64,000 nt of DNA, taken from the NCBI GenBank assembly GCA_043813075.1, contig JBDRLL010000010.1, forward strand, positions 1-64,000. Direction: 5' to 3'. The notes under the pieces are model-generated. The model saw only the letters and a program-made list of their open reading frames with translations, was not told the DNA's origin and made no database searches. The position numbers were made by a program, and so were the translations under genes. Positions 58,276 to 64,000 of the stretch are shown piece by piece. The stretch's first letter is position 1; each line of letters opens with the position of its first letter. This stretch comes from Candidatus Altiarchaeota archaeon. Its GTDB lineage: Archaea > Altiarchaeota > Altiarchaeia > IMC4 > SCGC-AAA252-I15.

Positions 58276-58913
58276 TGGATAAGCGGGATGTTGCGGGAGT
58301 CCTCTTGAAGATTAACGCAGTAAAATTCAATGTCGACGAGCCTTTCACTTACGCGTCTGGGATAAGGAGTCCAGTGTACACTGACTGCCGCCTCCTCATG
58401 TCCCATCCTCTGGAGCGGAGGCAGGTCGTTGACGCGTTGAAGTCGATGATTGAGGATGAAATCGGTGTTGAGCAGTTCGACGTTGTTGCGGGCACAGCCT
58501 CGGCTGGAATACCTCACGCAGCATGGTTGTCCGAGCTGTTCGGGAAGCCGATGGTATACGTTCGCAAGAAGTCAAAGGGTCATGGCCTCCAGAAGAACAT
58601 AGAAGGCACTGTGCCTGAAGGCAGGAAGGTCCTGTTGGTCGAGGATCTTGTCAGCACCGGCGGCAGTTCCATGGACGCCGTCAGGGTGTTGAGGGATGCT
58701 GGTGCGGTAGTGGAACATGTTGCGGCGATATTCACGTACTCGCTTCCACGTGCAGAAAAGCTATTCCATGATAACAGCATTCAACTACACCCTCTGACAG
58801 ACTTCGAGACCGCTCTCGCAGAAGCCGTCAACTCCGGTTATATGGCTGAAGAACAGTCTTCAAGGGCTTTAGGGTGGAAGAGAGACCCTGAGGGATGGCA
58901 AGACAAAAAATAA
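58272..58913 (+). CDS. pyrE: Orotate phosphoribosyltransferase
   Basis: FTYASGIRSPVYTD, YVRK and VEDLVSTGGS motifs. Confidence 0.96.
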   Translation: MMDKRDVAGVLLKINAVKFNVDEPFTYASGIRSPVYTDCRLLMSHPLERRQVVDALKSMIEDEIGVEQFDVVAGTASAGIPHAAWLSELFGKPMVYVRKKSKGHGLQKNIEGTVPEGRKVLLVEDLVSTGGSSMDAVRVLRDAGAVVEHVAAIFTYSLPRAEKLFHDNSIQLHPLTDFETALAEAVNSGYMAEEQSSRALGWKRDPEGWQDKK

Positions 58914-58953
58914 AAACTTTTTATATAATATAAACAAATATTGTATTGTAAAA

Positions 58954-59748
58954 ATGGATTTCACGGAAAAATACGTGCAGGCACGGGATGAGAAAAAAAG
59001 CAGGCTATGTCTTGGACTGGACCCTGCGCTGCCTGACCAAAGGAGGACTGACGTCATGCGGGAGATCTACCCTGGGGACTCGGGAGACGCGATACTGCAA
59101 TACTGCATCGACATGGTCGAGTCTGTGTCAGACTACTGTTCAGCGGTAAAGGCAAACTCACAGTACGTGCTGTTCGCCCTAAGCCCAAGCAAGCTGGAGG
59201 CGCTGAACCAGGCTATACACGATAAAGGCATGATATCCATACTGGACCACAAGCTGGGTGACATAGGCGCGAGCAACGACAGCGCATTCTACTGGGCGAA
59301 AAAATGCGGTTTCGACGCCATAACATTCTCCCCCTACGCCGGCAACATAAGGGATGCCACCGACATGGCACACCACAGGGACCTGGGCATAATAGTCCTG
59401 GACCTGATGAGCAACCCGGAGGCGGAGGGCTTCCAAAAGAAGGCTAAATTCAACACCACCCCATTCTTCGTCAGGGTGGCGGAAGACGCCAAGCACGCCG
59501 GCAGTGACGGAGTGGTCGTCGGCGCCACCGGACACATACGGGAAGTGGACGTAAAGAAGATACGGGGCATAGTAGGAGAGAAATGCCTGATACTATTCCC
59601 GGGAATCGGGAACCAGGGCGGCGACATAAAGAAGGCTGTTGAAAACGGCGGTAAAAACATACTCATAAACGTCGGACGCGGAATACTATACTCCACAGAC
59701 CCTGTGAAAGCAGCCATGAAATACCAGAAAATCATCGAAGGGCATTAG
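58954..59748 (+). CDS. pyrF: Orotidine-5'-phosphate decarboxylase
   Basis: LCLGLDP, DHKLGDIG, VVGAT, PGIGNQGG and NVGRGI motifs. Confidence 0.93.
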   Translation: MDFTEKYVQARDEKKSRLCLGLDPALPDQRRTDVMREIYPGDSGDAILQYCIDMVESVSDYCSAVKANSQYVLFALSPSKLEALNQAIHDKGMISILDHKLGDIGASNDSAFYWAKKCGFDAITFSPYAGNIRDATDMAHHRDLGIIVLDLMSNPEAEGFQKKAKFNTTPFFVRVAEDAKHAGSDGVVVGATGHIREVDVKKIRGIVGEKCLILFPGIGNQGGDIKKAVENGGKNILINVGRGILYSTDPVKAAMKYQKIIEGH

Positions 59749-60154
59749 GCCATCGAAGCAGCTTAACGTCATCCTCAGTGGCGCTGACCGCTAGGATGGC
59801 GAATATGCCCACGAACGGGAACACTATGCTGTTTGTGTAGAAATAGTACTTAACCAGGAATAGGAATGCCACCATCCTGTCCACCAGGAAGTCTAGTTTA
59901 GCCCCGAATTCCGAGCTCCTTCCCGAAACCCTCGCGAGAGTCCCGTCAAGGACGTCGAGGACAACATAGGAAAGCACAAGGACCGCCGATAGGATCCCCC
60001 TCTCAAAAACGAAATAAACGCCGATGAACCCGCATAACGCTGAGATAAAAGTGAGGTGGACTGGCCTAACGCCAACACCATCCGCGAACAGCATGGGCCT
60101 CCTCAAGGCCCTGTCGATAAGCCTCTTGACTATCTTAAGCCGCTTGTACACCAT
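59732..60154 (-). CDS. CDP-alcohol phosphatidyltransferase family protein
   Basis: DVLDGTLAR...SEFGAKLDFLVD motif. Confidence 0.88.
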   Translation of the reverse strand: MVYKRLKIVKRLIDRALRRPMLFADGVGVRPVHLTFISALCGFIGVYFVFERGILSAVLVLSYVVLDVLDGTLARVSGRSSEFGAKLDFLVDRMVAFLFLVKYYFYTNSIVFPFVGIFAILAVSATEDDVKLLRWPNALR

Positions 60155-60186
60155 GTCATATTATTAATATTAAAGCAATAACTATC

Positions 60187-60633
60187 ATGCTAAAATCCAT
60201 TGTGCTGACATACGGTTCCGCGGGGCTTTTCACGTCCTCACTGCTGGGTTCCACCATATTCTTCCCATTCGCGAGAGAACTGCTGTTCCTGCCGCTCATA
60301 AAGGCTGGCGTAAGCAGGTACAAGATAGTCCTATACTCTGCTGTAGGTTCCGTGTTAGGCACCTACCTGAACTACCTTATAGGCTGGTATGGGATAAAGA
60401 TAGCCTACCGGCACAAGAACAGCACCAGGCTAAACCAGTTCAAACGCTACATAGACAAATACGGGTGGCTCGGGGTGTTCATAATATTCGTATTGCCCCT
60501 TCCACTGCCAGTAGACCCGCTTGCAATACTCATAGGGCTGACTAAGATGGAGTGGAAGCGGTTCCTAATCACAATATTCCTGGCCAAGATAGTGAAGTAC
60601 TCGCTGGCTGTCGGGCTATTCTCCCTGATATAA
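60187..60633 (+). CDS. DedA/YqaA (VTT) family membrane protein
   Basis: GSVLG..NY.IG, KYG and DP...G motifs. Confidence 0.85.
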   Translation: MLKSIVLTYGSAGLFTSSLLGSTIFFPFARELLFLPLIKAGVSRYKIVLYSAVGSVLGTYLNYLIGWYGIKIAYRHKNSTRLNQFKRYIDKYGWLGVFIIFVLPLPLPVDPLAILIGLTKMEWKRFLITIFLAKIVKYSLAVGLFSLI

Positions 60634-60660
60634 ATATGTCCTATTAATCTATGATAGACG

Positions 60661-60903
60661 ATGTCAAACATGCTCTCAGCCATCCTGTCACTCCTGGTTT
60701 TGTGCCTGATATTCGCCTTATTCTACCTGCAGGGATTCCCTGACATACTCCTGGTCGTTGTCGGAGCAGGTTTCCTGCTCGGACTCGCCGCAGTCTACGG
60801 GGAAGTGCATTCACTGGACATCATACTCAAGGACGAGCATCCGGAACCCGACGAGCTGGAGGCAGGACCTGACGCCAGCCGCATAATAAGGATTGACGAT
60901 TAG
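60661..60903 (+). CDS. Small two-TM membrane protein
   Basis: 80 aa; hydrophobic N-half and acidic tail. Confidence 0.6.
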   Translation: MSNMLSAILSLLVLCLIFALFYLQGFPDILLVVVGAGFLLGLAAVYGEVHSLDIILKDEHPEPDELEAGPDASRIIRIDD

Positions 60904-61116
60904 CTAGGCTCCAGGCTTAAGGTACTTCAACAATGGAAGGCTATACGCCACAAGGATGACTGCGACACCGACATAGTGCATGGCCCTGTCGTCCATCATC
61001 ATCAGGAATAATCCTAGCATAAACGTTGCCACAAACCATGGGTTGCAGAACGGGCATGACGGCTGGCAAGTCTTTCCCACAGCCACAACCTCCGGCTTAT
61101 TAACGTCGTCAGCCAT
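60904..61116 (-). CDS. Small membrane protein with CxxxCPxC motif
   Basis: CQPSCPFC followed by two TMs. Confidence 0.6.
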   Translation of the reverse strand: MADDVNKPEVVAVGKTCQPSCPFCNPWFVATFMLGLFLMMMDDRAMHYVGVAVILVAYSLPLLKYLKPGA

Positions 61117-61127
61117 GCTAAAAACCC

Positions 61128-61967
61128 TTACTCCTCCTTACCGCCCATGAACAGGCTCAGCGAAATCCCGGTAACCAACGCGACCATCGAGTCTGTGGCA
61201 AAATACTCCAGGGAAAAAAGACTCCCCACAGCATAACTCCCCCAGAAATGCCCTAGCAGAAGTGACAAAGCCAGCCCCACAATGAAAGCGACAGTAAGGT
61301 GGGTGAAGCCCCTATCGTGGTCACGATACCTGTAATAAACGTAAAGGACTGCGGCAACCATGAATACGACAAAGAATCCCAGTCCAACACCGGCACTCGG
61401 TGCGGCAATCGTCTTGGATGAGAACACTCCGAACTCCGCTATCACAAGATAAGCGAGGACTGCGCCAAGGCTCTTATCGTTCTTCATCGTCTTGATGGAC
61501 ATAATCTCCCTGATCCCTGGCATAGAGTACTTTTCGGGCGACACGGAAGCTGCAGCAACCCCCTCAACGCCAGCATCATCTGTCTTCTCCCGCCCTTCAG
61601 TAATATTGACTTTAAGCGTCCTCACAGACCTTAAGGCAGCGTAAATAGCTATGCTCATGGCTATCACCGCAATGATAATCCCTCCTGCACCGAATAGTAC
61701 GGTCTCATTCGTGAAGCCATCCGCGGCAACCCTGGAAAGGAACTTCTGGATGAACTGGTATGATGCAAGACTGACTATGACAAGGAGGAACACCCTCTTC
61801 ATGACGAATATTAATATGCCAGTCAGCTTGTTGACTATGTATACTGCAGTATATGTGGTTATCAGGAGTATCGAGACTGCGAACACGTCGCCAGAGAAGA
61901 CTTTGGTCATGAAGTCAACCAAGTGGTCCAGTACAATGACCATTATAGCATGCGGATCAACCACCAT
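61128..61967 (-). CDS. Hypothetical polytopic membrane protein
   Basis: 279 aa, about 7 TMs; GGTGG SD upstream. Confidence 0.75.
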   Translation of the reverse strand: MVVDPHAIMVIVLDHLVDFMTKVFSGDVFAVSILLITTYTAVYIVNKLTGILIFVMKRVFLLVIVSLASYQFIQKFLSRVAADGFTNETVLFGAGGIIIAVIAMSIAIYAALRSVRTLKVNITEGREKTDDAGVEGVAAASVSPEKYSMPGIREIMSIKTMKNDKSLGAVLAYLVIAEFGVFSSKTIAAPSAGVGLGFFVVFMVAAVLYVYYRYRDHDRGFTHLTVAFIVGLALSLLLGHFWGSYAVGSLFSLEYFATDSMVALVTGISLSLFMGGKEE

Positions 61968-62054
61968 AAGCCACCACCTTAACTAATGGGATTCCCCATA
62001 TAAACAGTTAAAACCACTGAAAACTATTTAAATAGCGCCTGATAATACTATACC

Positions 62055-62132
62055 ATGAAAGTGGATGTAAAGGACCTACTACTCTTTGTGGTTGGATTGG
62101 CTGTCGGATACCTGGCTGCAGGATACGTATAG
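62055..62132 (+). CDS. Putative 25-aa single-TM microprotein
   Basis: MKVDVKDLLLFVVGLAVGYLAAGYV*; TATTTAAATA box about 20-30 bp upstream. Confidence 0.5.
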   Translation: MKVDVKDLLLFVVGLAVGYLAAGYV

Positions 62133-62224
62133 GCGCACGCCGTTTTCAATAGGTCACAGCATAATCCCCGCCATAACACCACATATTTTTTATCCTATTG
62201 TTCTAATCAATAAAAACGCTGTTC

Positions 62225-63532
62225 ATGATGGACATACTGTCTTTAATACGCTCAAAGAAGGCGGAGATATTACTTCTAACCTGCTCCCTAATCGTATGCG
62301 CCTCAATACTGGAACTATCATCGGCATGGGTATACTCCCACCATTTCAACAGGGAATTCTCATACCAGTACACTCAAAAAAGAATTACGGACTCACTAAA
62401 CACGACAAGCTTTTCGATAGAGGAAGACTTCGAAAAGAATCTAAAATACGGGGATAAAAAATTCAGCATCCTACACCCCTATATGGGCTACGTGTTATCA
62501 GAGGACTTCCACAGCAACGATTACGGTTTCTACTCAGACGAAATGATAATCCAGAAGTCCTCCGACAAGGTCATAATCGGCATATTCGGCGGATCACTAG
62601 CACTATTCAACTTTAACAACCCCGAAGAACTCAAGAAAGAGCTCAGCAAATCACCACTCTTCCGTGATAAGGACATAAAAGTAGTCGTATTAGCCCTAGT
62701 CGAATACAAGCAGCCTCAGCAGCTAATGGCCTTAAACTACGTTTCAGTCATGGGGGGAGAATTCGACTACGTGATCAACCTCGACGGATTCAATGAAGTA
62801 GTGCTCACACAGGCAGTTAACGTACCCCTTGGCGTGCACCCCATCTTCCCGCACGCGTGGAACATGAGATCTCGCTCCACATCCAGCCCGGACATAATGC
62901 CCCAGTTATACAAGATCCAGGAGATAAAAAAGGATAGGCTATGGTTCACCGAGATGGCCTCGAAAACCCCGTTCAGGCACAGCACATTCTTCCTAACACT
63001 ATGGGAGATCCTAGACCAAGAAAAAGAGAACGAGCTATACTCGGCAAACAACGAGCTAAAGAAAATACTCTCAGATGACAACAAGAAAAGACAGTCGAGG
63101 GGGCCGCTATTTGAATACACGGATTACGATACTCTGGTGTCTGATTCGGTTGACATATGGCGTAGGTCCTCCATGATGATGTCAAAAATCTGCGAGTCGA
63201 AGGGAATGACCTACCTCCACTTCCTACAGCCCAACCAGTATGTAACAGGCTCTAAGAAATACTTCACAGAATATGAGGAGCAGAAATACATCCCAGACAG
63301 CCCCTATGCTATCGCCGCTACGCGAGGTTATCCAGTCCTCCTCTCCCAAGGGAAGTTCCTCCAGCAGCACATAAACTTCTACGACCTGACAATGATATTC
63401 GAGAATGAGACGGAAACAGTATACTACGACTCATGCTGCCATGTTAACCGCTATGGCAAGTCAATAATCACAAAAACGGTGGCGGAAAAGATAATACAGC
63501 AGGAAGCATTGAAGAGACAGTCTGAACGTTAA
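62225..63532 (+). CDS. Membrane-anchored SGNH/GDSL-like protein
   Basis: IFGGS, LDGFNE, LQP and D.CH..G motifs; N-terminal TM. Confidence 0.7.
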   Translation: MMDILSLIRSKKAEILLLTCSLIVCASILELSSAWVYSHHFNREFSYQYTQKRITDSLNTTSFSIEEDFEKNLKYGDKKFSILHPYMGYVLSEDFHSNDYGFYSDEMIIQKSSDKVIIGIFGGSLALFNFNNPEELKKELSKSPLFRDKDIKVVVLALVEYKQPQQLMALNYVSVMGGEFDYVINLDGFNEVVLTQAVNVPLGVHPIFPHAWNMRSRSTSSPDIMPQLYKIQEIKKDRLWFTEMASKTPFRHSTFFLTLWEILDQEKENELYSANNELKKILSDDNKKRQSRGPLFEYTDYDTLVSDSVDIWRRSSMMMSKICESKGMTYLHFLQPNQYVTGSKKYFTEYEEQKYIPDSPYAIAATRGYPVLLSQGKFLQQHINFYDLTMIFENETETVYYDSCCHVNRYGKSIITKTVAEKIIQQEALKRQSER

Positions 63533-63534
63533 AG

Positions 63535-64000
63535 TCACCTGAACTTCAGCTTGAATGCGGCGTACAAGCACATCTTTAGGAGTATCAGGCCGTGGGAGAA
63601 TCTTCTTATGTTTGTGTTACCGTAAGACCGCTCCCTATACCTTATGGGAACCTCAATAATCCTCAAACCCATCTTCCACGACCCGAACAACAGGTCGAAG
63701 TCTCCGAAAGGGTCGAAGTCGCCTAAATAATGCCTGCATTCAGCCAGCAACCCGTAATCCCGCCTCGATATGACCTTTGTCCCGCATAAGGTGTCCTTTA
63801 CGGTCTGGCCGAGTATGTATGAGAAGAGCATGCTGAAGACCTTATTCCCCAAGAGGTTCAGCAGCCTCATAGCCTGCTTTTCCTGCGGGTAGACAAGCCT
63901 GCTGCCGTTTATGAACTCCCCCCTGTTTGAAGCCATGGCTTCATAGAATTTAGGCAAGTCGCATGCAGGCACCGTCATGTCTGCGTCATAAATCATGAGC
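63535..64000 (-). CDS. GT2 glycosyltransferase, C-terminal part (truncated by window edge)
   Basis: DAD, GSRLVYP, DTLCGTK and DPFGDFDLLFG motifs. Confidence 0.88.
   Translation of the reverse strand, partial: LMIYDADMTVPACDLPKFYEAMASNRGEFINGSRLVYPQEKQAMRLLNLLGNKVFSMLFSYILGQTVKDTLCGTKVISRRDYGLLAECRHYLGDFDPFGDFDLLFGSWKMGLRIIEVPIRYRERSYGNTNIRRFSHGLILLKMCLYAAFKLKFR

Overview
This is an archaeal chromosomal window. The markers are PolD DP1/DP2, aRF1, an intron-containing tRNA, DGGGP synthase, prefoldin alpha and SepRS; a DPANN/Altiarchaeota-like affiliation is my inference only. From left to right it holds: a truncated Cys-rich surface protein; tRNA-Thr(GGT) with a BHB intron, preceded by a duplicated tRNA 5' end and a hairpin-rich insert; lipid, Fe-S and translation genes, including a PheT lacking its N-terminal half; a glycosylation cluster rich in GT-C-type membrane glycosyltransferases (2.8-20.7 kb); a ~15 kb co-oriented type IV secretion (T4SS)-like locus (20.9-36.3 kb); and housekeeping genes (sepS, dtdA, thrS, rpiA, pfdA, ftsY, purine/MTA salvage, polC/polB, pyrDKEF). 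The T4SS-like locus is the best candidate for an undescribed system. It has three VirB2/TrbC-like pilins, two VirB6/TrbL-like membrane proteins, a PrgI/VirB3-like protein and a VirB4-like ATPase with a PD-(D/E)xK-like tail. One VirB6-like protein is a 2125-aa giant carrying an HEXXH motif. No relaxase, coupling protein or integrase is visible in the window. A three-unit palindrome/G-string repeat lies at 46.3-46.5 kb next to a winged-helix gene. All family assignments come from motif recognition by eye; no database search was run.
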